The position numbers and the translations under genes are program-made. A DNA stretch of 64,000 nucleotides, counting the filler, from Gonapodya sp. JEL0774 (lineage: Eukaryota): the NCBI GenBank assembly GCA_027604505.1. It is 7 parts of 7 records of this genome, joined end to end, with 100 filler letters (N's around TTAATTAATTAA, not from the genome) between each part and the next. Parts side by side here need not be neighbours in the genome. Positions count along the whole stretch, not along the records: positions 47,294 to 56,532 come from JADIIX010000419.1; positions 56,633 to 64,000 come from JADIIX010000506.1; 5 more parts are not named here. The stretch is one strand, 5' to 3'. Position 1 is the first letter of the stretch. Each line of letters opens with the position of its first letter. A model generated the notes under the pieces. That model searched no databases. It was not told where the DNA came from and saw only the letters and a list, made by a program, of their open reading frames with translations. Below, piece by piece: positions 48,425-62,029 of this stretch.

Positions 48425-51400
48425 TCATGGGACTGCCAGCCTCTGCCCCATCGAATCCGACTTCGCCAAAGGACTCAAAAGTTGCTTCTTTGAGGAGTCT
48501 AAGGCGTCAACTCCCGTTTTGTGAACACTCGGTTCACGTTTCCGCAGAGCACGAGCGCTGACATCCTTACGGTGTATCCCACGTGTAGCTTGCCTCGAGA
48601 GCCTATGATCCTTGTCACCAAACGCTTTACCGGTCCTAATAGCGCTGATGATGTCGTCAATCGCACCGTCAGGGCCATTCATTCCGAGAGCAGCTTTGCC
48701 CAGTGCGGCAGATTCTAGTTTGAGCCTCTTTTCTCTCGCGGCTCGCTTGCGCTCTTCCATTTCTTGCTTATCCCTTTCTTTCCGCTCGAGTTCTATCAGG
48801 TGCTCGATCCAAGCTTGGTTATCGGCCTTGGCTGCGTCAAATGCCTGCCTGAAATCCCACACGATGCGCAGAAACTCTTCACTGGTGATGGTCTTGGGAT
48901 CTTCACCATAGAGCGTCGATAGTTCCAAAAACAGTTTTTCGGCACCTTCGAGCTTTTTAGTCATGTCTTCGAATCGACTCTGTGCACGGGTGCTGAAAGA
49001 AGTCATGATTTCGCGGAAGTGGTCGGACTTTTGTGCGCTTTTGGGTTGAGGACCAGCAAGAGCTTCATTGATGGTGCGAATTCCCTCGCGAATGGCTGCA
49101 AGCTGCTGGCGAACGTTTGGGATGCTCACTAGGTGATGGAGGCAAAAAGATCTCTTTCAAAACTCTTTGGGAATTGTAATTGCGTGACGATGCCCAACTC
49201 ACCTTTGGATGCACCTTCCGCAGACTTGATTTCATCCTTGAATGTCAGAACGTTAACGAAGTTCTTCTCCAATAGATCTACTAGATAGTGGAGCAACGTG
49301 TATCGGCGACCATTAAGCGTGGACTTGGTGTCTGCGAGTTTGAGAATGGAGCTGATTCGGAAGCCGTGAGCTCCTCCACGGTTCCCACCATTCATGTAGT
49401 TCCCGAGAGCGAGAATAATCTGTAGTCAATTTCACAGTAGCATATATCAACTCCAACATTAGCAGTCACGGAAAATCAGAATGCCGACCTTGAGCAACTC
49501 CTTCCACCTTTTCCCATCCTTCAGATCTCTTAACGCGGATTCCAATGACTCGAGCTGCCTCCTTACGTCGGCAGCAATTTCTTCGTAACCGTTTTTGAAA
49601 GCAAGCGCCCGGAGACGACCACCGAAGCCCGGAATTTCGGACATCTCGAGAGTATAACGTTCAGCGTTCCCGAGGTTCTGACGTTCGCTGGCGACCTCCT
49701 TGACAAGAGCGATCTAACGTAAAAAATACCGTGAGAAGACTCTTCAAAAAGCAACTCGTTCGTCTCTCACGTCTTCGTCATTCGGAATCGTTGGTAGAAG
49801 AGAGGTCACAGCATCTTTTGTAAGCACAGTTTCGTCCACTTCTACTACAGCACTCTTTATTTGCTCCCAGTTTAGCTTCAAACTTCGTAGGGCAATATCT
49901 GAAGTCGAGGAGCGTCAGTGGTCATCAATCCCTCAATTCAAAAAGGCGATAGAACTCACTGATGTTCTGCGCTCTCTTTGGATCTAACACGTTGATGACA
50001 ACACTCTTCGGCGCCGTGTCTTCTGTTTTGACGCCTTTAATACCTTGAACGGCCGGAGCCATCTCTTTTGCGGAGAACAAATCTTCGAACTCCGTCTTCC
50101 AGACCAAACCAAGTGAATCCACGAGCTTGGCATCCTCATCAGTCAATCCGTTCCATATTGTGGTTGAGACTTGGGCTGGAGTCAGCTTGGTCCAATTGAG
50201 TGCCTTCATTGGTCGAGCAGACGTCGGAATCTGCAGTTTCTTTAAAACCGGGGCCGCTCGGAGCATTCCGGGGCCAGGTGGCGGAGGAGGTGCTCCAGGC
50301 GGAGGAGGTGGGCCAGGTGGACCTCCACCAGGTGACATGGGTGATGGAGGAGGTGGTGGCGGAATGCCAGGAGTCATCGGAGACGGTGGTGGGGGGGGCA
50401 TACCAGACGTCATTGGTGGAGGGGGTGGAGGAGGCGGTCCCCCAGGGCTTCCAGGAGGAGGAGGTGGGGGTGGAGGTCCACCAAAACCAGGCGGCGGAGG
50501 CGGAGGAGGAGGTCCGCCCATTCCTGGTGGGGATGGAGGTGGAGGTGGACCCCCTCCAAGAGCAGACCTTGGACTTAGCCCACTGGGGCTGACGGCTTCT
50601 CGGAGGCGCTCGAGCGCTTCAACTGCAACTGTGTTGTTACTTGCCTCAAACTTGCCCTTAAGAAGATTTTCCAGTTCAGCGCACTCCAGTCTCAACTTCG
50701 CGAGAACCTCGAGAGCATGTGCAAGCTCTGTAGACTTCTCATCGAGTGACTTCTGCAGTTGAGCTACGAAGTCAAATTAAAGGATGCATTAGCACAACAC
50801 GCAGTGCGCAGCTGTATTTTGAACTGATAGTTTCAGAATAGACGCACCTTGTCCACCTTCCCCGACTCGTCGGGCTTCTTCCACTTCCTTCTCCAACTCC
50901 CTCACTCTCTCCGCCGCTTTCTTCAATCTGTTAGCTTGCTCTTGCGTGCCCTTAGCATCGGCTATTTCTCCAGCTAACGATCTTGTATCAAGTGAGAGGA
51001 TATGTGCAAGCGGGTCCAAAGAAGAGCTTTCCTGATGTTGGAGAATCAGCTGGTGAGCGAGTCGAGTAAGAATGGTAAGGTATGATGCTCTGCAGATTTG
51101 CCAGAAACATCACCATCACGTGAGTATCTCTGTGGTCGAATTTTGTTTGCAAAGCACACCGTACTACCTGTCCACTGGATTCCCAGGCATCATAGCGACC
51201 GCCCTTGCCACCTCTTGAAACTGCTCCCAGCCAGAGGAGTCCTTCAAAACTCCTTTCACAATCTTCCAGAGCTCATCGCCAGAAACTAATGCCAGACGAC
51301 TATGAAGGGGAAGAAGACCAGCATGGGATCGAACATGGGGCGGGAGGTCTGCAGTGGGCGACAGTGGATTTGGTTTGTTCCCAGCCATTATGGCAGCCAG

Positions 51401-53242
51401 AGCTGCCTTGGGGTCTCGCTCGGGCTCCGAATCCTTCGCGGTCTTCTGGATATCTGTTTCTGGTGCCGTGACGGGAGTAGCAGGTTCCAGATCGTTGTAC
51501 TCTGGCCATGGAACATTCCACCTTTCTCGCAGCTCTTCCTCGTCCTCCTCAGCAGTTTCAAGAAATAAATCAATTTGTGTACGAAGATCATCGGACGGAA
51601 GGTTGGAAAGATCCTACATATTCCGCAGATGTAACAGAGTTTGAAAACAGACTCTTGAAAAGGCAAACCGGTTAGGGTACGAACTTGAATTGCCTTCTGG
51701 ATTCCTAGGTGGTAAAACTCAGCCCGCAATTGCATACGCAGATCCAGCTGACCATCGTCTGCGCTCGAATCTTCAGAGTCCGCATCCGATTCGTCGTCCT
51801 CGGAGTCATCCGAATCACTATCAGAGTCGGTCTTTGCGTTCTTCGCCGATGTTTTCTTGTCGGGGGAAGATCCAGCAGCTGTCACATCGGGGCTTCCAAC
51901 AGCGAGACTGTCAGTAGTGGATGTTCGCATTCGCCGCCCTGTCGTGCGTCCACGTTGACCAACTCCGACAGCCATCACGATCGAGTTCACGAAACTCATT
52001 CCTGCCACAGCAATTTCTCTGTCGCCACCACGAGCCCTTCCCTGTCGTGCCCTTGCACCAGCTAGTCCCAAACATCTGACGATAGCTTCGAATCTGGAAA
52101 GTTCTCCGCTCTCAGCGCGGGCTTCTTCCATCGCCCCGAGGACAGCGCGGTGACCACCTGGTATATGGCAAACGGCGGCAAGAAGCTCGAGGGAGAGTGA
52201 AGCAGTGCGAGGGTTGAAAGCGTATGATCTCAGAGGAAAGCTCAGGGTAGGAAGCGAACGGGCGTGCGACAGCACCGAAGAAAGGCCGACCTTACAAAGG
52301 CACGAGCAGTAGAAAACAATTTTCAAAGAATGCCATAGAATTGAGTCAAAAGAATGCGAAACCGTCTTACCTTATTATTCATGAGACTCTTCATGCACTT
52401 GACGTAGAGTTGTTCAGCCTCACTTCCGGACCAATCCTTGAGTGAAACAGAACCGGCCGGAGCCGGGCTGACTGGACTCATGGGTGAGTTTACGCTTGTG
52501 GGAGATTTCGTCGGCGAGCCACTGTCAGTCAAGGAAGGTACTTCCCGAATGAGTTCCCCTCGACCGCCCTTTTCCATATTCCCCAAGAGCAATGCGAGAC
52601 CGCCGTGTTGCACAAATGCCGAGATCCACGAGACTGCTCGAGAACGGAGTGTAACAGCGAGATCAGAGAGAAGGGTGATGTCGAGTGGATCTGCCCGGAG
52701 CCGCGTAAGGATGGGGGGAATGGTCGACGTCGGCTGCATGAAGAAAGGGTAGTGTCCAGTGAACGACCGCTGTATTTCCCTTTAGCAAAGGAACATCGCT
52801 TGCTCCCACTCACTTCATTCTCGGAAGAAACTAGAAAACCTCTGACCATCAACCACTTCCGGTCAAGTGGCAGCTTCCGGAGATCTGCCTTTTTGGGCTC
52901 CGGAATATTCCAGTTTTCCATGTGGTCTTCTAGCAACGTTTCAACCTCTTCTCGGGACGGCATCGGCACATTGTCTCCCATTGAGCTAGAAGCTGCGGCT
53001 GCTCCAAGCGTCGCCGCCAGGACACCAGTCGAACCAAAGTTGGTCGATCCGAGGGGAGATACCGAGCCTTGTACGAGTGTGATGGACGGTCGTGTGTTGC
53101 TGGACTTGGGATCAATCGCGTCTTTGGATCGCACTCGTCCCTTCGCGCTCTTGGGCGCGGCATCACCGCCCTCCGGCGACTCGACTGGGCTTCCAGGGGC
53201 ACCAGTCTTGCTGCTGCTCTTATCTCCCCAGTGGAACTTCAT
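48425..53242 (-). CDS. Diaphanous-related formin (GBD/FH3-FH1-FH2-DAD), DAAM-like
   Basis: KLPLDRKW GBD segment, RMQLRAEFYHLG, poly-Pro FH1, MKALNWTKL, GNYMN..AHGFRISSILKLADTKS, TLLHYL, DAD GAIDDIISAIRTGKAF. Confidence 0.92.
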
Positions 53243-53873
53243 TCTGTGGATGAACAATTTTGGATGATGTGTGCACAGGAACACATTCGCGAATCACAAG
53301 TTCGTTGATTTCCGACACTCATGGTACCCAAGACGAAAGCAGTGTGGGAAAACCACGAAGATTTCATATGTACTAGGAGTCTCGAGCATTGACCTCATCA
53401 ATGCCTTCGTTCGAAAGTGCCACGTGCATGGCGGTCGGGAACATTGACGGCCACATACTTCTCGACATATGAGTAACATTTAGTCATTGGAGAACAAGTG
53501 ATGTCATTTGAACATCGAAAAGGTGTAATTGTCTCGAATACACTACGATTCTGTCATCATTCCAGTTCAGCATAGCGGCTATAACACTCAGACAGGTTTC
53601 ACACAAATTTCCACAAAGGAACAGGCAATTGGAAAANNNNNNNNNNNNNNNNNNNNNNNNNNNNNNNNNNNNNNNNNNNNNNNNNNNNNNNNNNNNNNNN
53701 NNNNNNNNNNNNNNNNNNNNNNNNNNNNNNNNNNAAAATACGAGGGTGTCCAATAATATCTGATTATAAAATTTGGCGTTCAAAACAAACTACTACATGT
53801 GTGCGTAACCATGTGCACAGACGCTAACGAAATGTCATTTGACTACGAGTCGAACCATGACGGCGAACACGAT

Positions 53874-56420
53874 CTAAGTTGAAAGAGATTCGATCATAAC
53901 TGCCGCAAGCCCAGCGTCCGGACTTTCAGACTTGGATCCTTCCACAGGGGTCACATTTGCAATATCCGAATGATCTGTTCCCAATTCAGATTTTGGGATC
54001 GGAACCGTCACCGAATCGTCTGTTTCAGCCTTCCCAACCGTCTCCACCACACCTTCACCCATTTGCAGCCCTGTGGACTCAGTGCCCTCTTCATCAACGT
54101 TCGAATGTTCCTTCGAGACCGTACTGTCAAAATCGTTCTTAACACCTTCCACGACCCTCTCATTTCGGGACTCGGAAGCACCGATCGAATTCTCCGCATT
54201 AGTGACCGATGCTTCGGGCTCGAGCGGCGTTGATTCTGCATCGACAAGAGCATTTACAGCAGTGGCATTTTCCGCCACTATTTCGGGGCCGATGTCATTT
54301 ACTGCCACTGAATTGTCACTCTCTTGGGGTGTGGCGACAATTGTTTCTGTGTCCACCACTGTCGGAGGATTGATCAAGGGGATTGATGCGGCGGTGTCTG
54401 AAGCAACAGTTGGTGGTATGGCTTGCAGAGCTTCTGGAGTCACAGGCGTAATCGAATCGGCATCCCCCTGGGGAATAACAATCGCCGGCGAAGATTCCTG
54501 TGAAAACGATTCCGCTTCGATGGACACTTGTTCTTGCGTGGAAGGTGGGGTATTCGAAGGAGTTTGGACTCCGATACTCTCCGATTGGTGGTCCCCCACT
54601 GGTGGTGGGGTGATTGGTGGTTTGGGGCTAGGAGGCGAGACTTTCTCGGATCGGGGACTGGAAGGTGCTACACCAGAAAGCTTTCTGATATGTAGAGGCT
54701 CGTGCTTCCCCAGACTGCCACCACGTCGGTGCTCAGGAGACGGTTTCAAAAGCTCCGCAGTAGTTTCCTTCCTATCCATTATTCTCGGTGAGCCTTTGCG
54801 CTCGAGCGTCCCATCTCGGGCACGTCGTTCGACTGGACTATTCAACCCATCTGTTTGCATCGATTGTTCACGACTCCGTCCATCATCTTCTTCATCCGAC
54901 CTATGACCGCTAACAAGAACAAGTTTTTCACGCCGACTTCGCCGCCCCCCTTGACTTTCTTTAGCTGCTTCGCGCAGAAGGCGACGCATGAAAGCAGGTG
55001 TGAGCTTCACACTTTCTTCCCGGATCTTGATACCCGTTTGTTCCTGCAGCTGTCGAGCGAGCTCCCGAACCTTCATGGGGACTGAACCGACCGCCTTTCG
55101 CAAGGCGTTGAGTTCCACGATGTCCATTTCTGCTCGGACGGTGTCGCTCAGAGCTCGCATTCCAGCCACGGTTGCTTCCAATTGAGCAAAATTGGAAATC
55201 AGAGAAGAATCCGCGGCTGACAACTTGGTAGCATAAAGGGTCCATTGCGCCCAGTTCGATTGTTCATACGCTTGCTTCTTCGATTCCCACTTCTGATGAG
55301 CCTGCAAAGCGTGAAGGGATCCATCCTTCTTGGGTTCCGGTTCCTCAAATGGCGGAATCGATTCAGGAAGCTGTGGGGTTCGCAAGAGTAATATTTCATC
55401 CAAATTATGCTGCGACGCACCCGGCGTTATTGGAACCTGATCAAATCGGTACATGTGCGCCCTCAATGCGATGCTTGATTCCGGCGTCAACGCAGCTTTG
55501 GCACGAGGCACATCGGGAAGAGTTATGCTGCTCGTCCATTCTCGACCTGGAAACACAATACACGGTGCGATCTTTGGCTTCTCGGCAGCACCCTTGGGCT
55601 TGGGCTTCGCCTTCGGAATTGGCTTCGGTGCGTTGGGATCTCGCGGTGTAACCTTCTTGAGCTTCACACCACCCCTACAAGTTTGTTTTTTTCGACACAT
55701 ATCAAAAGTCTGATTCCTCGAAATTATGATGTACACAATCACTCACTTCAATTGGGCCATCAGCTGTGCTTGAAGATCTGTTGCCCCGACAACCGGTTTA
55801 GGAGTTGCTGGAGCTGCCGCGGGGCCCGACACTGGTGGTGGAGGAGGCATAGGTGGTGCACCAGGCGGTGGTGGAGGTTCAGGCGCAGGGGAGCCACCTG
55901 ACGTTGGTGGTGGTGGGGGTGGTGGTGGGGGAGGAGGCGGAGGAGGCATTGGGGCACCTGCTGCCACGGCTGGCGGTGGCGGCGGAGGAGGCGGAGGAAC
56001 TCCATCAGCTGTGGGCAGTGCTGGCGGTGGTGGTGGTGACGGGAAAACACCGGATGTCGATGTTATTGCGTTCACCGAAATTGAGTTGGGGTCGGCTGGA
56101 GGACCAGGAGTGTCCACCGATGCGATCATCTCGGCTTCCAAAATCCTACATCCTTCAACCCAGCCCCTCTTCACCATACTGTAAAGGAATCCCCTTGCAG
56201 TGGCAGTTGACTTGTTAAGCTTGTCAATCAACTCATCAAGGTTTCCCTCCGGTGCTTCCATGTATTCGAGTAGGTCGAAAAACAAAGATTGTCGCTCCTC
56301 CAGTTGTGCCTGGCGGAGGTCTTCACTTGATGACTCCGATGACGAGGGAACAAAAGCTTCCCTGACAGGTCGAGAAGTCACTTTTCGAAGTCCTGCCCGC
56401 ACATTACCTCCTCTATCGAG
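53874..56420 (-). CDS. Polyproline/WH2-motif protein, putative actin regulator (5' end cut by contig edge)
   Basis: WH2-like GGNVRAGLRKV and DLQAQLMAQLK|GGVKLKKV (split by an intron at ~55677-55745), long poly-Pro tract, coiled coil, acidic tail. Confidence 0.7.
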
Positions 56421-56532
56421 CATGAACATCAACGATGAGGATGAACTAGCACATAACGGAAAGCATTTGAACATCGCACATACTTGATTGCATTCATCAG
56501 GTCCGCTTGTGCGTCACCAGTGCTCTTATTAG

Positions 56533-56632
56533 NNNNNNNNNNNNNNNNNNNNNNNNNNNNNNNNNNNNNNNNNNNNTTAATTAATTAANNNNNNNNNNNN
56601 NNNNNNNNNNNNNNNNNNNNNNNNNNNNNNNN
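56533..56632. other. Artificial contig-joining linker
   Basis: N-TTAATTAATTAA-N, 100 nt. Confidence 0.97.
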
Positions 56633-57717
56633 CCGGTGTCGCGACGGGGACGTTTATGGCGACCCTCCACGCCGCACCCTTTGCCTTCCCCCTCCCGACT
56701 CTCGCTGGTGCGGTCGGCACCGCACGTGTCTCGTCGTCTATCTCTGTCGCCGCAGTACCGGGCTTGGTGGCTGTCCAAGATATCCCACACGATCTGGACG
56801 CGGATTCGAAAAAATGGCTGCGGGCGCTGCACACCGCGCGGGCCAAACTCGACGCGCAGGGATTCGACGAGATTTTTAGCACACAAGCAAAAAACGTCGC
56901 ACTGTCTGATCCACGTGTCCTCGCGTTCTTGCACCGACTGATCCTCACACCGTTCCCCACCGCCCCAGCGGCGTTCAGACCCGTGGCTTCTCTCCTCCAC
57001 CTTGCACGGACTCAACGCGTGAGTTTGCGTCACACAATCGCAGGTTCACCGAATGGGAGTGCGTGGGAAGCTATATTGGCCTGGAACGATGTGGTGGTGG
57101 TGGATGCCGTGGTTCGGGCTGGTGGGTTCGCGGACGGGACCGAGGACGAGGTGGCGAGAGGTGTGGCGTGGGTGGTGGAGTCTGAAGGACAGGACGGGGA
57201 CAACGGTGGTTTCGGTATGAAGGAAGGCGTTTTGAGATCGCTGTTTGGAGTGCCCGTGAACCCTGCAGCCTTTGCCCGTGGGTTGCGACGACACGTACCG
57301 CCGTCCACAGTCCCTGCACTTCTTGAGTACCTCGTGCGATCTCTCTCTCTCGACCAATCCACTCTCAAAAGCTCGAAATCCCTTTCCCCATCCTCGGCCG
57401 CGCTCGCTTTCTCTTGTCTCTTGGACGCACACCCGGCAGCTGTGCTCATGGATCCCTCGGCTCGCTCGTTGCTCGCCTCCGCACAGAAAATTGTGCATGC
57501 GTGGTGCGATGACTTCAAGCGGACTGATACGAGGTTGAGAGGTGTGTTGGTGCCGTATGCGGACAGGAAGGGGAAGGAAAAGGGTGGGAAGAGTAAGGTG
57601 GGATCTGATGGGAAAGAGAGTAAGGAGAATAAAAAGCCCTACGGAAGGCTAGAGAGGATGGTTCAGCAGGCGAGAGCTGTTGAGGGGTCGTACGCGTTGG
57701 AGGTCTTGAAATTGTAA
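56633..57717 (+). CDS. NOL11/Utp8-like nucleolar protein, C-terminal part
   Basis: LLDAH...LM.P.A..LL....K.V and terminal YALEVLKL resemble the NOL11 C-terminus (LLDANF..MPEAKRLL...YSIEVLEL). Confidence 0.65.
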
Positions 57718-58256
57718 ACCGAGTGGTCTTGCTTTATGCTTGTGAATATCTAGTGGCACATCCTGTAGAGAGTTCATTTTTAACCACATTCTAAGTGCTT
57801 GCAAATCAGACAGCTGTGGTTATAGTTTATTTCATTAGTGGAAATGGTCACAAATAACTGGGGCTAGCCCTCATGCAAAAAACAACTTCCATTCGACGGG
57901 GGCACGACCGGGACTTCGTAATTGTTCAGGGAACGTCAATGCTTACTATTGAAGCAGTAAACTACAAGTTCGCGGGGACGCTATCATTGATCAGATGAGC
58001 GAAATAGGCAAGGAAAGTCACAAACGACCAACAAAAATGTATCAAATACAATGCCGCCAATCTCTGCCCATTAATGAGGCAATACGAATACGTTGCATCC
58101 TGCCGGTGTTATTTTTGTGATTTTTCGTAATGAGTGGCCGTGAATCATCCTTATTGATGCGTAGCTTCGTCTTACGCCTTGAAACCTCTTCACCGCAACC
58201 TCGACAGTGCGATCAGGAAAATATTGAGCTTACGCGTCTTGGCAACTGCGTCCTAC

Positions 58257-61225
58257 TCATCGATTCCAACTCCTTCCGCCGCTTGCTGCATCCCACCGCA
58301 TTCCCGCGTCCAATCCAAAGGGAGGAGGACTCATTCCTAAACCCATGTTTGGTCCCCGAAAAGATCCGGGTCTCGGACTCATCGTCATACGGGGACTGGT
58401 CCCACTCAGAGGGATCATCCGGGGGCTTGTGGTGATCCCTTGAGAGACCGATGGACCCAAACGTGGACTGAGACTGCTCGAAGGTCCTAAACGGGGACTG
58501 TTTGTTGCTCGGCGGTACGTGGGTTCTCGACGCTCGCGGAACCAGCCAAGGAGGAAGAGGTGATCCGACGGAAAGAGAGCAGTTGGAAGGCTGCTGACGT
58601 GGTCCAAGTAGTTAGATTCGACACCGGCAAGGACATCACGGAGAAGAAGGTCGTTGGAGGTGTAGAAGATGTGATCAATATGGCCACGGAAATCTGGTGT
58701 GGCGTTTGTGAACGGCAGATCCCGCTCGCGATCGGCGCCTTGGGTCTTATAAGCTTCGTCCAATCGACATGGGTGACTAATGGTCTCCCTATTGTGTGTG
58801 AACTTTCCAAAATCGCGGTCACCGAACACGGAAGAGGGAATATTGCCGCGGAGGATGAGTTCGAGGACCGGATCCTCTGGTAAAGAGTTGAGGTCCCCAC
58901 AGATGATCAGTGGGTGCTCTGGGTGGTAGTAGGAAAGCCAGTCCATCAGTACGCAAGCTTGCAGGAGCTTTGTGTCTTTGTATTGAGGGTCCCAGTGGAA
59001 GTGCGTATTTGCTACTCGGAGTCGGGCCTTGAGAAAAAATGGATTAACGGGGTCACTCGATAGCGCGACAGTAGATGATGCGCACATTCGTAAACTTGTT
59101 CCTGAACACTGCAATGAGAGCGACGTTGTCGAAAGGGTTGAATCTCAAAGCGAGATCCCGGACATAGGAATCCCTCGCGTCGCTGACGCCGCCAGGTTCG
59201 GCAATGGAAATGTCGTGATAACGGAAAGCCTGTACCACGAGGAGCTGGAACTTGCTTTGCTTATCTAGAGTATGTGAGTTCCGAAAGATAATCTAGATAC
59301 ATTTACTAGATTCAGTGCAAAAACACAAAAACACTCACAGAACGTTGCACATCCATCCATCGCATGCAGTTTCTTCTTGGGTTGGAAAATTCCGTCGTAG
59401 CCGAGAACTTGAAGTTGCGGAAAAAAGAATCCATTAAATTCCGCTGGAGAAACCTCCTATCAATTGTTATCACGATGCTCAGTGACATGTCCCGCTGGAT
59501 AAAGCGAAACGCAATACAAACTTGCAAACACAGAATATCTGGTCCGTATACAGCAATCTCCTCAATGATCCGCCACTTTCGCCAGTCCCAGTCGAGGTAC
59601 TTATCGTCCGTCGCAGAGAACTTTTGCTTGGTTGCGTACAAGGGGCAAAGCACGTTATAGCTACCGACAGAGAAGTTGCGGTTATCACCACCAACGAGAC
59701 CACCATTACGCCAGCGTCGGACTGGCAATACAATTTGGCCCGATGTCCCAGGCCAAAAGCTCGATCTGGAAAATTTGTCAACCGCAACTCCTGGAGGAAT
59801 ATCCTTTCCGTCAAGATCAAACGTTGGCCGTGATTCGTCCTCCACATCCGCTAAATCAGCTACTGTGAACGACCTTCGCCGACTTGCGTAATGTGCGGCA
59901 GCAGAGGCAGCACCGGGATGCAACTTCAATGAAGATCGCCCAAAGGACGATCCTCGAAGGCTCCCAGAGGGTACACTCCATCCGCCCACGGTTTCCTCGC
60001 CACCGCTCTCATCCGTCTGGTAGTGTGTACCAAGAGATCCACGGGAGAGGGGGTTGTAAGATCCTTGAGACGAGGAGAGCGTTGCAAACTGAGGTGACGG
60101 TAAGTGAGAGTGGCCAAAGAGTGGTGAACGTGGAGATCGTCCTCCCATGGCGGCGCCATTTATTTCAATAGGCGACGATGGGACACTGGAGTCGGAGCTA
60201 CCCGGAGGACGAGTGAAGGACAGGCGGCGGTGGTAGTGGTTGGAGGCAGGTGCCACAATTGGAGGCTTGAGGTCGTGGCCATACGAGTCTTTACTCCGCG
60301 TTGGTGAAGGCACTGCTTCCGAATCCGTGTTGCTCTCTAATGGTGAGAGAACGGCCGTTTGCGGCGATGACACAATGCCGGCTTCCGGTTCGATTGGATA
60401 TCGGTCACCTTTGGGGGCATCCTCCGCAAAATATGGCTCGATCTCAAACTCAAAATCGTCTGTTGCGACAACGGTCGGGACTTCCACATTCGGCTGTACC
60501 GTGGTCCCCCCTACTGTTGAGCGCAGGCTCGGCGATCGGCTAACCGCTATGGCGCCAAGTTCGGAAGCTCGAGCGACGGATGCTAAGTCAGCATCGGGTG
60601 CCGTGACGACAAGATTGTTAAACGATTTCGAGAGAACCCCAAGCAGCGCTGCGAGGTCGGATCGAGCTCCTTCAAATCCATGCCCCACCAAACTCTCGTC
60701 CGTGTCCTTCGATCCGCGTTCGCTCCTTGGGTGCTCACTTTCATCATCTGCGATTCCTTCATCATCTTCTAGGTCCTGCTCCACACCATCAGCTTCCAGG
60801 AGATTTGGGCCGGCGGCTCCCTGAGTGGCAACTTCTGCCTCCTTCGCCTTCCGGGCTCTCCTGCGACGACGTTTGGCTGAGCGGGAAAGGCATTTCTCCT
60901 CATTTGACGTTGCGGAAGCTTTGGGTGCAAACGGAGGAAACTCAACAGGGGCAGGTAGGTTGGCGGGGGAGGTCGAAGCAACGCTGACCGTCAAGGCGGA
61001 AATGGTCTTGCTCGAAGTAGAAGAGATGGATGATCTCGACTTTCCAGACTTGCTTTTCTTGGAGTCACTCTTTTTTTCTGACGTGACAGACGCCACAGAT
61101 GCGTACGAAAGCCTTGTCTTGGAGGAGGCGTGACCGGACAATGCGGTAGATAAGCCCCCCAAGGCAGGGACAAACTCAGGGACGCTGTCAATATCAAAGT
61201 CTCCAGTACTATTGAGAGAAAGCAT
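58257..61225 (-). CDS. CCR4/CNOT6-type EEP nuclease with long disordered N-terminus and no LRR (start may be 61312)
   Basis: SYNVLC..YAT..YL.W.WRK..I.EEI..DILCLQ(E), VANTH.HWDP..KD.KL.Q, CGDLNSLP, PFTN.T..F.G.IDHIFY, FPSDH. Confidence 0.88.
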
Positions 61226-62029
61226 TGTTAGCGTTACTGTGTTTGAGGGAACACCCGTTCGCCACCGTAGCACATACTCGGGGGATTTGGACCCAGTCCA
61301 TTGAGGCGACATCTCCGAAGACCGTCAAGGTAGCAGCAAGATGATAACACTGATAATAGTGCGAGTGATGAAGAACGGGAGCGTGAGCTGCAAACAAAGA
61401 TGTAGGGAAGGGGTCAATTTTCCAGATCAAGTCAGCGAACAGCACAGGCCCTCTCTCACGTTTCATCCGGAGGAGCCTGCTCCTGTCTGAATCCCTATGC
61501 AAGCATTATTGACAAAGTAAGGAAATGGATGATAGTTCTGCTGGAGCGATGTTTGGCGTTTTTGCGCGGAGGATACGGGCAAACAATATGACACTCGAGG
61601 CGACCCGACAGCCAAGCAGCGGATCAAGAAGGTTAAGAAAATTTGGTCGTGGTAAAATACTGCCCGAAGAAGCACGGGTATCGAGAATGGCGTGTGCCGG
61701 AATGTTGCCGAACCGATTCGCAATGAGACGGTCAGCGGAACCCGGGCGAGCGGTAACCAGCAGCCGGCAGATGCGGCAAGAACTCACGTAGAACGAAGGA
61801 TTGGAGTACAGTTTAGGATTGAACTTTCCTGTCGGGCTTGGTTTGCTGTACGATCACCAAGAACTTGGGGAACCCATGTGGGCAACATGCCACCTCGGCA
61901 GCTGTGCCACTCCGATTTCACACTCTGCATGCATGTTATACATACATCAATGTAGAGAAAACTTGGTATATTTTCGATTGTAAAATAGTGGCATTTTGGA
62001 GAGTGAGATCGAGAGTGGGCCTCGAAGGC

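Noticed and set aside
50127..50762. Gly-rich plus-strand ORF
   Set aside because: Antisense shadow of the formin FH1 poly-Pro tract
9411..56632. TTAATTAATTAA palindrome recurring about every 9.4 kb
   Set aside because: Always embedded in a 100-nt N linker; it is a concatenation artefact, so no cross-linker gene clusters can be inferred
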